This document shows positions 9,471 through 18,741 of a stretch of 64,000 nucleotides of DNA, piece by piece. Made by a program: the position numbers and the translations under genes. This DNA comes from Candidatus Hydrogenedentota bacterium (GTDB lineage Bacteria > Hydrogenedentota > Hydrogenedentia > Hydrogenedentales > SLHB01): NCBI GenBank assembly GCA_020849535.1, contig JADLGB010000032.1:64613-128612 (forward strand). The letters run 5' to 3'. Under the pieces are notes generated by a model. That model made no database searches, was not told the origin of the DNA, and worked only from the letters and a program-made list of their open reading frames with translations. Numbering within the stretch: position 1 is the first letter of the stretch; each line of letters opens with the position of its first letter.

Positions 9471-10322
9471 TCATCCCTTGACGGCGCCGCTCGAAATGCC
9501 TGCTATGAAGTGACGTTGAAATACCAGAAACGCGACGATCAACGGGGCCGTGGCGATGAGACTCGCGGCCATGATCTGTCCATACGGCGTGCGCAATTCG
9601 CCCTGAAGTAAGTAGATCGTCAGTGGAAGCGTGTACATATCTTCCGTTCGCAGGACGATGAAGGCCCACATGAGGTTATTCCAATTGTTGATCAGAACAA
9701 GGATGCCCAATGCGGCCAGCGCGGGGCGCAGCAGCGGCAGCACGATGCGCCAATAGATACCGAACTCGCCGCAGCCATCGATCCGGGCGGCATCCAGAAG
9801 ATCGTGATAGACGTTCTGCTGCACCGCCTGGCGCATCCAGAAAATGCCGAACGCATTCGCAGCCCCGGGCACAATCATGGCGGTGTAGGTATTCACGACG
9901 TGAAGCTTGCACAACACCACGAAGACCGGGATGAGCGTCACCACGCCAGGGATCATCATGGTCGCCAGCACGAAGGCGAAGAGTTTGTCGCGCCCCGGCG
10001 CGTGCGGATAAGCAGCGAAGGCATATCCGCCAAGGGAACACAGGAAGAGCGTCAGGGTGCAGTGGCCCGCCGCGATGACCGTGGTGTTCGCGAACGCGCG
10101 AACGATCGTCGTTTCGCGGAAAACCTCGAGAAAATTGGACAGACGCCACGGATCCGGAATGAACTGCGGCGGCAGCGTGAAGATCGCCTCCTTCGATTTG
10201 AACGCCGAGATGAAGAGCCAGTAGAAGGGAAACATGAAGAGCAGGGCCAGCGCGACGAGAAGCACGTAAAGGGCGCCTCGCTTGAGAAGGTCCCAGTGGG
10301 CAGGGTGTTCGAATGTATCCAC
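9471..10322 (-). CDS. carbohydrate ABC transporter permease (MalG/CUT1 type)
   Basis: Six-TM pattern. EAA-like loop LLDAARIDGCGEFGIYWRIVLPLLRPAL. Sits 3 nt downstream of the preceding permease. Confidence 0.9.
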   Translation of the reverse strand: MDTFEHPAHWDLLKRGALYVLLVALALLFMFPFYWLFISAFKSKEAIFTLPPQFIPDPWRLSNFLEVFRETTIVRAFANTTVIAAGHCTLTLFLCSLGGYAFAAYPHAPGRDKLFAFVLATMMIPGVVTLIPVFVVLCKLHVVNTYTAMIVPGAANAFGIFWMRQAVQQNVYHDLLDAARIDGCGEFGIYWRIVLPLLRPALAALGILVLINNWNNLMWAFIVLRTEDMYTLPLTIYLLQGELRTPYGQIMAASLIATAPLIVAFLVFQRHFIAGISSGAVKG

Positions 10323-10325
10323 GAG

Positions 10326-11186
10326 TCAGTCGCCCTCCCGGCTCTGAAAACGCAAGACGAAAAGCGAAGCCAAAAACACGATGAAGGCCGTCACGTATGC
10401 CAGCGTCGATGCATAGCCAAAGCGAAAATCGGAGAAAGAAAGGTTGAAGAGATAGAGGCCGATGTTCATCGAGGAAGTCCCCGGCCCTCCCGCTGTGAGG
10501 ACGAATATCTCGTCGAACAAGTACACCGTGCCAATGAGCGACATGATCGTGCAGAACACGAAGACGGGCCGCATCAACGGAAGGGTCACGTGACGCATGC
10601 GTTGGAAGGGCCCCGCGCCATCCAGCACGGCGGCTTCGTAGAACTCTTTCGAGATGCTCTGCAAACCCGCGAGCATCAGGACCATGTTGTATCCCGTCCA
10701 CCGCCAGATCAGGACCAGCGCCAGGGAGGGTTTGGACCAATGCTCGCTGAGCAGCCAGGGAATCGCGGGGAGCCCGAGCCTCTGAAGGCCGTAGTTCAGA
10801 ATGCCGTGCTCGAAATCGTAGAGCAGGCCGAATACGACCGCGACCACGACCATCGGTGTGATCACCGGCAGAAAGACTGCGGCCCGGACCCACGCCCGGC
10901 AGCGCAGCCACGACGCATTCAACAGAATGGCAAGGAAGAAGGCTCCGGCCAACATCGGCGGCACATACATCAACCCCAGCACCACCGTATTCCATATCGC
11001 ATCGAGGAGCACCTCGTCCCCGAAGAGATTGACGAAGTTGGAGAATCCCACCCAGCGGAGTTCCGTGAGACCGTCCCAGCGCGCGAAGCTCAACACGAAT
11101 GAGAAGATGAGCGGGTAGAGTCCCAGAACGGCGAAGAGGATGAAATACGGAGAAATGAACAGGTAGAAATGTCTGTGTGCGGCCAT
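10326..11186 (-). CDS. carbohydrate ABC transporter permease (MalF/UgpA type)
   Basis: FYEAAVLDGAGPFQRMRHVTLPLMRP EAA loop and typical N-terminus FYLFISPYFILFAVLGLYPL. I chose the internal ATG at 11186 (MAAHRHFYLF) because the track start at 11240 would overlap the SBP gene by 20 nt. Confidence 0.85.
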   Translation of the reverse strand: MAAHRHFYLFISPYFILFAVLGLYPLIFSFVLSFARWDGLTELRWVGFSNFVNLFGDEVLLDAIWNTVVLGLMYVPPMLAGAFFLAILLNASWLRCRAWVRAAVFLPVITPMVVVAVVFGLLYDFEHGILNYGLQRLGLPAIPWLLSEHWSKPSLALVLIWRWTGYNMVLMLAGLQSISKEFYEAAVLDGAGPFQRMRHVTLPLMRPVFVFCTIMSLIGTVYLFDEIFVLTAGGPGTSSMNIGLYLFNLSFSDFRFGYASTLAYVTAFIVFLASLFVLRFQSREGD

Positions 11187-11220
11187 TCGCCGCCACAGGC
11201 CGGGGGCGCTTGCACGCGTA

Positions 11221-12594
11221 TCAGTTGACGCTCTCGCCATGTGCCTTAGCTTTCAGTGAGAGGGAGCGCGGCGACACCTCGCGGTCAAGCCTCCGCGCTA
11301 ACCGCGTCTCCAACGCCCGCAGGAAATCTTCCGGATTCTCCATGTCATCGCTTGACCAATGACCGAGGGACTGGCGCAAATACGAGACCGTCTCCACCCA
11401 ATCCTTGGTCCGATTCATCGCGGGGATCCGTTCCACATCCGCGGTGAAAAGGCGCCGCACCTGCTGTCCTCCGAAGTACTCGACGCGCTCATCAAAGAAC
11501 GGATCGTCGTAGACCGTGGTCATGGCGGGAAACAGGTCGAAACTCCTATAGTGGCCCAATTGCGAGTCGCGCCGGCACAGCGCGAACTCGATGAAGGCCC
11601 ACGCGGCATCCTTCTGCGCACACTGAGCGGGTATCACCAGCGCCGAACCGCCATAGCTGCTGGTGCGCAGCCCGCCGGGCGTCAACGCCGGAAGCGGGAA
11701 TACCCCCCATGCTCCCGACTTCGCCGGCGCGTAGTCGCGGATGAACCCCCCGAACCAGACCGCCATCGGATAGGTGGCCACGGATTCCGTGTTGAACGAC
11801 GCGAAGAAGGGCTGGCTCCAGTACTGTGTGTTCGCGCTGATACCCGTCTTCACGAATCGGCGCAAAACATTCAGGACGGCCAGGCTCTCGGGAGAATTCA
11901 CCGCGATGCGGCCATTCTCGTCGAACACCTGGCCTCCGGACTGCCTCAAAAGCATCTCAAACAGAATCTCCTGAAAGCCTGTCGGATAGAACAACATCTT
12001 GGTCTTGCCGCCAGAAGCTTCGAGTATGCGTTCGCCCGCGGCGATGTAGTCATCCCAGGTCTGAATCGCCGTGACGTCCACGCCGTACTGCTCAAACAAA
12101 TCCCGCTTGTAGAAGACCGCGCACGGCCCTATATCCCAAGGGATCGCGTAGATGCGTCCTTCGTACATGCAGTCCTTCCACACATTCTCGGGGAACGCAT
12201 CCCGGTACTTCGCGGCAACAAGCGTCAGGTCGGCCAGCCTCCCTGTGCAGGAATACCGGGGCACCTCCTGAAGCTGCAACTGGGAAACGTCCGGAGCACC
12301 CACGCCTGCCACCAGGGACAGCATGAAGCGCGCCTGCAGTTGCGTACCGCTCATGTTGATGGTGACCCCCACGTTTGGATAAGCGGAAGTGAAGGCGGGC
12401 ATCATGGCCTTTAGACCACCTGCGGCAATGTTCCAACTGTCGACCTGGATCTGCCCGCGAATGGCCCCGGGAGAGGCAGACGTTGGCCCCGGATATGGAT
12501 CCTGCGCCGCGGAGGCAAATGCCAGTACAAGCGCTACGACATAGCCGTCAAACCCCCTGCCTGTAAGTAGTCTTTGAGAAGGACGTCGCATCAT
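11221..12594 (-). CDS. extracellular solute-binding protein (family 1, sugar ABC)
   Basis: 457 aa with an N-terminal signal/anchor (YVVALVLAFASAA). Its position upstream of two CUT1 permeases and its overall composition are typical of sugar SBPs. No ATPase gene is in the operon. Confidence 0.8.
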   Translation of the reverse strand: MMRRPSQRLLTGRGFDGYVVALVLAFASAAQDPYPGPTSASPGAIRGQIQVDSWNIAAGGLKAMMPAFTSAYPNVGVTINMSGTQLQARFMLSLVAGVGAPDVSQLQLQEVPRYSCTGRLADLTLVAAKYRDAFPENVWKDCMYEGRIYAIPWDIGPCAVFYKRDLFEQYGVDVTAIQTWDDYIAAGERILEASGGKTKMLFYPTGFQEILFEMLLRQSGGQVFDENGRIAVNSPESLAVLNVLRRFVKTGISANTQYWSQPFFASFNTESVATYPMAVWFGGFIRDYAPAKSGAWGVFPLPALTPGGLRTSSYGGSALVIPAQCAQKDAAWAFIEFALCRRDSQLGHYRSFDLFPAMTTVYDDPFFDERVEYFGGQQVRRLFTADVERIPAMNRTKDWVETVSYLRQSLGHWSSDDMENPEDFLRALETRLARRLDREVSPRSLSLKAKAHGESVN

Positions 12595-12774
12595 CGCTGA
12601 CCATGCCCTTTACCGTGAGCTGGGATATGGCATGTATCGTATGCGCGGGGCCACATTGGAATCCACGGGCCACGCGGTGTGGAAACACGCTGGCGTAGTT
12701 TTCGCATGTGGAGTCCCGGTCTCCCTGCGGCACTGACGCAGGCGCGCGCCGCATTGAACGAAAATACTCAATAC

Positions 12775-12803
12775 ATGCTACACAAAGGTGAACGATAGTT
12801 CAA
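12775..12803 (-). promoter_or_regulatory. candidate sigma70-like promoter of the SBP-permease operon (minus strand TTGAAC-17 nt-TAGCAT)
   Basis: The reverse strand reads cTTGAACtatcgttcacctttgtgTAGCATg. The -35 hexamer lies inside the palindromic operator candidate at 12789..12802. It would give a long (~170 nt) leader. Confidence 0.3.
12789..12802. promoter_or_regulatory. LacI-family operator candidate O1 (perfect palindrome TGAACGATAGTTCA)
   Basis: 14-bp sequence with perfect dyad symmetry (TGAAC-GATA-GTTCA) between lacI and the SBP gene. A 12/14 identical copy occurs upstream of lacI. A weaker half-palindrome TTGAACGAAAATACTCAA lies at 12754..12771. Confidence 0.45.
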
Positions 12804-12855
12804 GCATTAGATGGCCCACTTCGGAAAACCATGTGGTGAGTGGTTCTTAAGAAGG

Positions 12856-13887
12856 TCACACGGAACGCACGGATTCGCGCTCAATGAGCGCATGCTTGAC
12901 CACGTGCTCCAAGAATCCGCGCGGATGCTTGCCCGAAGTCACTTCCAAGAGCATTTCGGCCGCACTTTCTCCGATTTTGCGCGGGAAGATCGAGAGGGTC
13001 GTGAGGGGAGGACCCAAGACTTCGCCCAGTTCGATACCGTCAAAACCCACAACGCTGATGTCGTCGGGAATACGCAGACCCAGCTCGTGTAGTGCCTTGT
13101 AGACCCCGATGGCGACTAAGTCATTACAACAGACAAGAGCCGTGGGGAGGGGCTTGCGGTCGCGCAGAAGTTCCAGCGTGGTGGCATACCCCTCCGCCGA
13201 GGTGTCGCCCGCGCGCACCACCATGGATTCATGGAACTCGATCTCGTGCGCCACCAGGCTTTCGACGAAGCCCAGGACGCGTTCCTTGGCGGTGGCCGAT
13301 CGGGCAGGGCCCGTCAGGCAGGTGATTCGCCTGTGGCCTCTATTAATGAGGTAATCCGTTGCATCACGGCTGCATGCGCGGTTGTCGAAAGACACGACAT
13401 GCGTGGGGATGCCCGGGGCCTTCATGATCGTCACGAGTGGGCGGCCCGACTCCACGACCTTGCGAATGTGCTCCTCGTATCGTTCCATCTCACCCGCGGC
13501 CATAATGTAGCCGCGTAGCCCGTATGCGCCGAGGCTCTCGAACGCGGCGATCCCGCGTTGCGGATCCACGTCGGTCCCGTGGTGCAGCAGGTGATGGAAG
13601 CCCGCGGGCCCAAGCACGGCGTTAATCCCGGAAATCACCTCGGTGTAGAAGGGGTTGCTGATATTGCCGACCACCACACCGACCATCTTCGATAGCTCCG
13701 CCACCAGTGACTTCTGCACCAAGCCGCTTTGAAATCCATGGTCGCGGAGCGCAGCGTAAACCTTCTCCCGGGTCTTCTCCGAAACGCCGGGCTTCCCTTT
13801 CAGCACGGCGAACACGGTCGTTCGCGAAACCCCGCTGAGGAGGGCGATATCCTTGGCTGTGTGAAGCTTGGCTGACTGCTCTGACAA
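12856..13887 (-). CDS. LacI-family transcriptional regulator
   Basis: HTH AKDIALLSGVSRTTVFAVLKG followed by a periplasmic-binding-protein-like sugar-binding core. The ORF is open to the ATG at 13977. However, a TTG at 13887 is preceded by GGGGAGG about 10 nt upstream and gives a typical ~343-aa LacI with the HTH near the N-terminus. Confidence 0.8.
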   Translation of the reverse strand: MSEQSAKLHTAKDIALLSGVSRTTVFAVLKGKPGVSEKTREKVYAALRDHGFQSGLVQKSLVAELSKMVGVVVGNISNPFYTEVISGINAVLGPAGFHHLLHHGTDVDPQRGIAAFESLGAYGLRGYIMAAGEMERYEEHIRKVVESGRPLVTIMKAPGIPTHVVSFDNRACSRDATDYLINRGHRRITCLTGPARSATAKERVLGFVESLVAHEIEFHESMVVRAGDTSAEGYATTLELLRDRKPLPTALVCCNDLVAIGVYKALHELGLRIPDDISVVGFDGIELGEVLGPPLTTLSIFPRKIGESAAEMLLEVTSGKHPRGFLEHVVKHALIERESVRSV

Positions 13888-13996
13888 TGAAGGTAAACCT
13901 CCCCAGTTTCCCCCTGAGACACCGGTATCGTACAGGTAAGGAGGGCATTCGTTCAAACACTTTGATAGCGCGTCCAAAGGCTGTACAGACCTTGGG

Positions 13997-14010
13997 TTGA
14001 CTATCGTTCA
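13997..14010. promoter_or_regulatory. LacI-family operator candidate O2 (TTGACTATCGTTCA)
   Basis: 12 of 14 positions identical to the reverse complement of O1 (TGAACTATCGTTCA). Located in the divergent lacI / GH-like gene intergenic region. Confidence 0.4.
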
Positions 14011-14155
14011 GATTCCTAATTAACATTCTCCGATGAAGTGTATAGTCTCGCATTGTCGACAGATATCGTCTGGCCGCCTTTTCAAGGTTGACCTGCGTTT
14101 CGCTCGGCGCGATCCCCACCAAGCGCGGAATCGTCCGTACCGGCTTTTCTACCTG

Positions 14156-15910
14156 ATGGCTCTTCTGTTGCTGACGGCCCTTGCATCACGCGCGGAACAG
14201 CAGTACTACACCCTCGCGCAACACGGCACTGCGTGGTGGCTGGTGACACCAGGGGGCGAGGAGTTCTTCTCACTGGGCGTCAATTGCACCGGGCCCGGAC
14301 AGACGCTGCCCCCCGACCCCGCCAAACCGCAGTACGCCTATGCGCGTTTCTATGACTCCCTTGACGCCTGGGCGGATGATACGATTCAGCGTTTCCACGC
14401 CTGGAATTTCAACACAGTTGGGGGCTGGTCCGACCCGCACGCGTTGCACCGGGGTCTCCCGGATACGCCGGTACTACACCTGGGCGTTTCCAGCGGGGTC
14501 CATTGGGGCGATCTCTTCAGCGAGGAAGTCGAACGCGAGGTGGACCGCTTGGCCAAGGAGATGGTCTTGCCCCGCGCCGGCGATCCGGACCTGCTCGGGT
14601 GGTTCTCTGACAATGAACTGGGCTGGTACCCGGAGACGATGTTCTTGAGCTATCTCTCCGCACCGCCTACCAGCCGAACGAGACAACGGCTTGTCGCGCT
14701 GTTGATCGAGCGCTATGGCAACAACTGGGAAGCGCTGACTCGGGACTTCACCGCGGCGGGGGCGGATAGTTTTGCCGCGCTGGAGCAAGGAGGCATGCTC
14801 CACCTGCGCGCAGGCGCCAACGGGCGCGAGAAGATCCATGCTTTTGCGGAAGCCGTCGCGACCCGCTACTACCAACTGATGCACGACGCCATCCGCCGTT
14901 ACGATCCCAATCACCTCATCTTGGGCGACCGCTACAACGGGCACTATCCACTGGCGGTGGCACGGGCGGCGGGGCCCTTTGTCGACGTCATCTCCACAAA
15001 CGCGAGCTTCGCCGACACGAAGGACGGCGCGATGTTTCCGTTCTTTCTGAAGACTCTGCACGAATTGACTGGCAAACCGGTGCTCATGTCCGAGTACTAC
15101 GCCGCCGCGATGGAGAACCAGAGTGGAAACCGCAATTCCTCCACAGACATGTTTGCCACGTTGCAGACGCAGACGGAGCGTGTCGCGCTGACGGAGCGCA
15201 CCCTCCGCGACCTCGCTTCCATGCCGTTCGTGGTTGGCGCCCATTGGTTCCAATACTTCGATGAACCGCCTGGCGGCCGCAGCGACGGGGAGGATTTCAA
15301 CTTTGGCCTCGTCGATATTGAGAACCGGCCCTATGAGGGTCTCGTTCAGGCGATGACCGAATTGCAGGGCCGCGTTCCCGAAATCCACCGTGCGTCATTA
15401 GCCGGTGATGCACACTCGCGAAGCGCGGGAGTTCACGTTCCCGGCGGTCCCGCGAATCCCTTCCTCGGACTGCACACGTGGAACAAGGCCGACGGATACA
15501 TCGCCTATACCTCGGAAACCGCATTCGGCGATCTGTACGCATGCCGGGATGATACGTATCTCTATCTTGGACTGCGGGCCGATGACTACATGGATGCGTC
15601 CATCTATGCGGACAAAACAATCCCCGCCGAAGACTTCATGTCACTGCGGATAGGGCTGGGAGAGACTCCGCTATCCATGACGCTGCGCTTTGCGAAGGGG
15701 AATGCCGCGACCTGTGACAACCCGGCCGTGCGTGTGCGACACGATGACCGGGGACTTCGGCAGATCGTGATTGCGGGAATTCCGCTTACGTCAATCCCCG
15801 AATTGAGCGACGGAGGGGACGCACCCCTGCGCTTGCGTGCCGAGGCGACGGGCTACGCGCGCTACATGCGAACCACCTGGGATAGTCCGCTTATCGTTCC
15901 TGCACAATGA
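14156..15910 (+). CDS. secreted clan GH-A (beta/alpha)8 glycoside hydrolase-like protein (GH50/agarase-like, tentative) with C-terminal beta-rich domain
   Basis: Signal peptide MALLLLTALASRAEQ at the internal ATG 14156; the track ORF starts at 14033. Motifs AWNFNTVGGWSD, WFSDNELGW (candidate acid/base NE), GKPVLMSEYY (candidate nucleophile E) and GAHWFQYFDEPPGGRSDGEDFNFGLVD. Confidence 0.65.
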   Translation: MALLLLTALASRAEQQYYTLAQHGTAWWLVTPGGEEFFSLGVNCTGPGQTLPPDPAKPQYAYARFYDSLDAWADDTIQRFHAWNFNTVGGWSDPHALHRGLPDTPVLHLGVSSGVHWGDLFSEEVEREVDRLAKEMVLPRAGDPDLLGWFSDNELGWYPETMFLSYLSAPPTSRTRQRLVALLIERYGNNWEALTRDFTAAGADSFAALEQGGMLHLRAGANGREKIHAFAEAVATRYYQLMHDAIRRYDPNHLILGDRYNGHYPLAVARAAGPFVDVISTNASFADTKDGAMFPFFLKTLHELTGKPVLMSEYYAAAMENQSGNRNSSTDMFATLQTQTERVALTERTLRDLASMPFVVGAHWFQYFDEPPGGRSDGEDFNFGLVDIENRPYEGLVQAMTELQGRVPEIHRASLAGDAHSRSAGVHVPGGPANPFLGLHTWNKADGYIAYTSETAFGDLYACRDDTYLYLGLRADDYMDASIYADKTIPAEDFMSLRIGLGETPLSMTLRFAKGNAATCDNPAVRVRHDDRGLRQIVIAGIPLTSIPELSDGGDAPLRLRAEATGYARYMRTTWDSPLIVPAQ

Positions 15911-15920
15911 GACGATCCGC

Positions 15921-17252
15921 CTACAGCGACCATCCTTCCCTGTAGACCGTCTTCACAAAGGGATCGGCTTCGGCCATGTTGGGGAACTTCATACCCACGG
16001 GATCCCATTCCAGCTTAGTGCCCATACGCTTCGCCACGTTGCCAAGCAAGCACACCTCCGTGAGCGGCCCCGAGTAGGAGAAATCCGCACCCGCTTTCGT
16101 GCCATTCTTGATGGCATTGAGCCAATCATCCTCGTGTTTGCCTTGGACACGCGGTAGGGAGGGCGCGGGCGGAGTGAACTCCTTCATGCGCGAGGCGGGC
16201 AGCAACCTGGGATTCTCTCCATAAACGCCGCAGGTCAAAAAGCCCTCGGAGCCTTTGAATAGTGTGCCGCCTTCGGGGTGCCCGAGTTCATCGTCCTTGC
16301 TCAGTTCTTTTGGACGCGGCGCCCTGACGCCGTCATACCACGTCAAAGTAACCGGCGGCATAGCGCCGCGAGCGGGGAATTCATACCGCACTATGCATGC
16401 GATCGGATGGGTCTCGCTGTTGAGGTCGGTGGCCGAGCCGTCCACACTTGTGGGGTGCCCAAGGTCGAGCGCCCAGAAGATCGGGTCGAAGGTGTGCGCC
16501 CCGCGATCGCCCATCATGCCGCAGCCGAAGTCCCACCAGCTCCGCCACGTGAGCGGGTGGTAGCATGGGTGATAGGGGCGTTCCGGCGCCGGTCCCAACC
16601 ACAGGTTCCAATCGAGCGTTTCGGGTACGGGAGGTGTCTCAGATGGGCGCGTGCCGAGGGGAGAACTCCAATTTGCATGACCCCACGGGTAATAGGTGAG
16701 ACTACACCAGGCGTCCACCTCGCGCACTTCACCGATGACACCGGCCTGGATCCATTCACGCACCTGGCGAATTCCCTCGCCGGAATGGCCTTGAATTCCC
16801 ATCTGCGTGACTACACCCGTCTCCTTCGCGGTTTCGGCAAGCCGCCGCGACTCGTAGATATCGTGGGTGAGCGGTTTCTGGCAATACACGTGCTTGCCCG
16901 CCTTCATGCACGCCATCGCAATCACCGCGTGGGTGTGGTCGGGCGTGGCGATGAGAACGGCGTCGATGTCGTTTTGGGCCGCGAGCATCTCGCGATAGTC
17001 TTTGTAGCGCTTCGCCTCAGGGAACGCCTCGAACGCCTTGGCGGCGTATGTGGAGTCCACATCGCACAAGGCGACGATGTTCTCTCCCGCAAGGTTTCGC
17101 AGATTGGAGCTGCCCATGCCGCCAATACCCACCGCCGCGATATTCAGCTTCTCGACGGAAGCCTGAGCCCGTGCAACCCGTGCCACTCCAAGCGCCGCTG
17201 CTCCGGCAAGAGCGCTGCGCGATAAGAACCCCCTGCGACTCATGAAACCCAT
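15921..17252 (-). CDS. Tat-exported Gfo/Idh/MocA family oxidoreductase
   Basis: Twin-arginine leader MGFMSRRGFLSRSALAGAAALGVARVARA at the internal ATG 17252. The track start at 17435 would overlap the upstream gene. Rossmann motif NIAAVGIGGMGSSN and CQKPL motif. Confidence 0.85.
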   Translation of the reverse strand: MGFMSRRGFLSRSALAGAAALGVARVARAQASVEKLNIAAVGIGGMGSSNLRNLAGENIVALCDVDSTYAAKAFEAFPEAKRYKDYREMLAAQNDIDAVLIATPDHTHAVIAMACMKAGKHVYCQKPLTHDIYESRRLAETAKETGVVTQMGIQGHSGEGIRQVREWIQAGVIGEVREVDAWCSLTYYPWGHANWSSPLGTRPSETPPVPETLDWNLWLGPAPERPYHPCYHPLTWRSWWDFGCGMMGDRGAHTFDPIFWALDLGHPTSVDGSATDLNSETHPIACIVRYEFPARGAMPPVTLTWYDGVRAPRPKELSKDDELGHPEGGTLFKGSEGFLTCGVYGENPRLLPASRMKEFTPPAPSLPRVQGKHEDDWLNAIKNGTKAGADFSYSGPLTEVCLLGNVAKRMGTKLEWDPVGMKFPNMAEADPFVKTVYREGWSL

Positions 17253-17274
17253 CGCCACATCCTCCCTCGATATC

Positions 17275-18546
17275 CTATCGCTTCGTTGTGAACTCCGCCC
17301 ATGCCCGATCAATGAAGTTGCCTGGCCCAGACGCGAATACACGCGTCGATTGAGCGTTCGCCGCGTCATTCGGATGAGAGTCTCCCGCATTGCCGCCAAA
17401 CTCCGCGCGCAGTTGGTTGGCGTGCGCCCCGGCATTGGGCGGCGCAGCCAGGAGATCGAACCAATCGAAAACCACTACATTGTGCAATCCCGTCGCCTTA
17501 GTATATCCGGGCCACCATTCCTTCGTCAGCCAATTGTTGAACGCGCGCGCATTCGCCGCGATCTGCTGGTCTGTCTCCGCCCAACACTCCGGCGGCGCCG
17601 TCACGGTGATGAAGAGCGTGTCGGGATGTTGCGCAAACACGTCCTCCAGCGCGTGGTACGCGTGACCCTCGTGCTCGTACGTTTGCCCCGAGCCGCCCGG
17701 GTGATGGTAGACGGCCTTGTAGTTGGCCAGCATCTTCCAATCGCTGAAGGGGTCGCCCGCGCTGGAGTCCCCGGCCTCCACATGGCTGTTTGGAAAGCAA
17801 CTCTTGAAGATGAGGATGCGATTCACGCCATCCGCGCAACCGTGCTTCTGCACCGAGCCGAGATAGTCGTTAAACCACAGGATCCAGTGATGCATGTCGG
17901 TCAACTCGCCCGACACGGGTCCGAGCGTGTCCGGCCTGCCGGGGTCCGGTTCCACGTCCACCCCGTACGTGATGTCGTTCCGCTCGTCGATGTAGTTCTT
18001 GGCGACGAGGGCATCGTGCAAGCCGCCGTTCAGCCAGTTCTCGCCGCACGAGTGATGGATGAACACGACGTCCTCGCCCTCATCCTGGCCTTCGCCCTCC
18101 ACGGGGGCCTCGGCAGGCGGCGCTTCGGTGGGTGATTCCGCAGGTTCCGCGGCGGGTTCCGCAGGCTGCTCCGTGGTTTCAGGGGCTGAACCGGAAGTGA
18201 CCTTGATACATTCCTGCTTGGTCACGGTCTTTGTGCCCCCACCGGACAGAGTGACGGTCAGTTTTACTGTATATGCGCCCGGACTCGCATACTCGTGCGT
18301 AGTGAAGTCGTCGGCACTGCTCGCGCCGTCCCCGAAGTCCCACTGCCACCCGGTGACCGTTTGAATGAACGCGTCATCTCCGAAATAGTGGAAGTGCACT
18401 TCCAGCGGCGCGGGACCGGTGTCGGGCGCGCCATAGAAGTCGAGCGCAGCCTCGCCCGCGGCGCCGTGTGCCCCGCAAGAGGCCATTGCCCACAAAACAA
18501 CTGCTGCAAGACCGAGTACTGAATAAGCCAACCTGTGTGTGCGCAT
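17275..18546 (-). CDS. secreted PKD-domain protein with P/E/A-rich linker and an unassigned ~270-aa C-terminal domain
   Basis: Signal peptide MRTHRLAYSVLGLAAVVLWAMASCGA at ATG 18546, with GGGGGA upstream. PKD-like WDFGDGASS...HEYASPGAYTVKLTV. Linker APETTEQPAEPAAEPAESPTEAPPAEAPVEGEGQDEGED. The C-terminal domain has motifs FIHHSCGENWL, FKSCFPNS and GDSHPN, which I cannot assign. Confidence 0.7.
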   Translation of the reverse strand: MRTHRLAYSVLGLAAVVLWAMASCGAHGAAGEAALDFYGAPDTGPAPLEVHFHYFGDDAFIQTVTGWQWDFGDGASSADDFTTHEYASPGAYTVKLTVTLSGGGTKTVTKQECIKVTSGSAPETTEQPAEPAAEPAESPTEAPPAEAPVEGEGQDEGEDVVFIHHSCGENWLNGGLHDALVAKNYIDERNDITYGVDVEPDPGRPDTLGPVSGELTDMHHWILWFNDYLGSVQKHGCADGVNRILIFKSCFPNSHVEAGDSSAGDPFSDWKMLANYKAVYHHPGGSGQTYEHEGHAYHALEDVFAQHPDTLFITVTAPPECWAETDQQIAANARAFNNWLTKEWWPGYTKATGLHNVVVFDWFDLLAAPPNAGAHANQLRAEFGGNAGDSHPNDAANAQSTRVFASGPGNFIDRAWAEFTTKR

Positions 18547-18675
18547 GACACGTTCCCCCGGCTGGATCGCACCCAGCAATCAGACCAGATCCTCCCCGGC
18601 TACGCCCCGCAGTCCTTCCCTCCAGAATACCACGGAAACACCCGGCAAGGGTCAACACATGAAAGAGGGCCCATC

Positions 18676-18704
18676 GTAGGGCGGGATTTGTTCCCGCCCT
18701 CTTG
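18676..18704 (+). repeat. solo arm of MITE/REP-like family 1 (GTAGGGCGGGATTTGTTCCCGCCCTCTTG hairpin)
   Basis: Self-complementary GGGCGGGA-TTTGT-TCCCGCCC. Near-identical to the arms at 18742, 18890(rc), 38163 and 38306(rc). Confidence 0.6.
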
Positions 18705-18741
18705 CGTACCGTGAAGTCCGGTCATGACGTTCATCCCTCTA

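Noticed and set aside
9676-11196. 506-aa minus ORF and 432-aa plus ORF (9804..11102) overlapping the two ABC permease genes
   Set aside because: These are alternative-frame and antisense products rich in R/A/G/P/H with no hydrophobic helices or domains. The permease frames show canonical TM and EAA-loop features.
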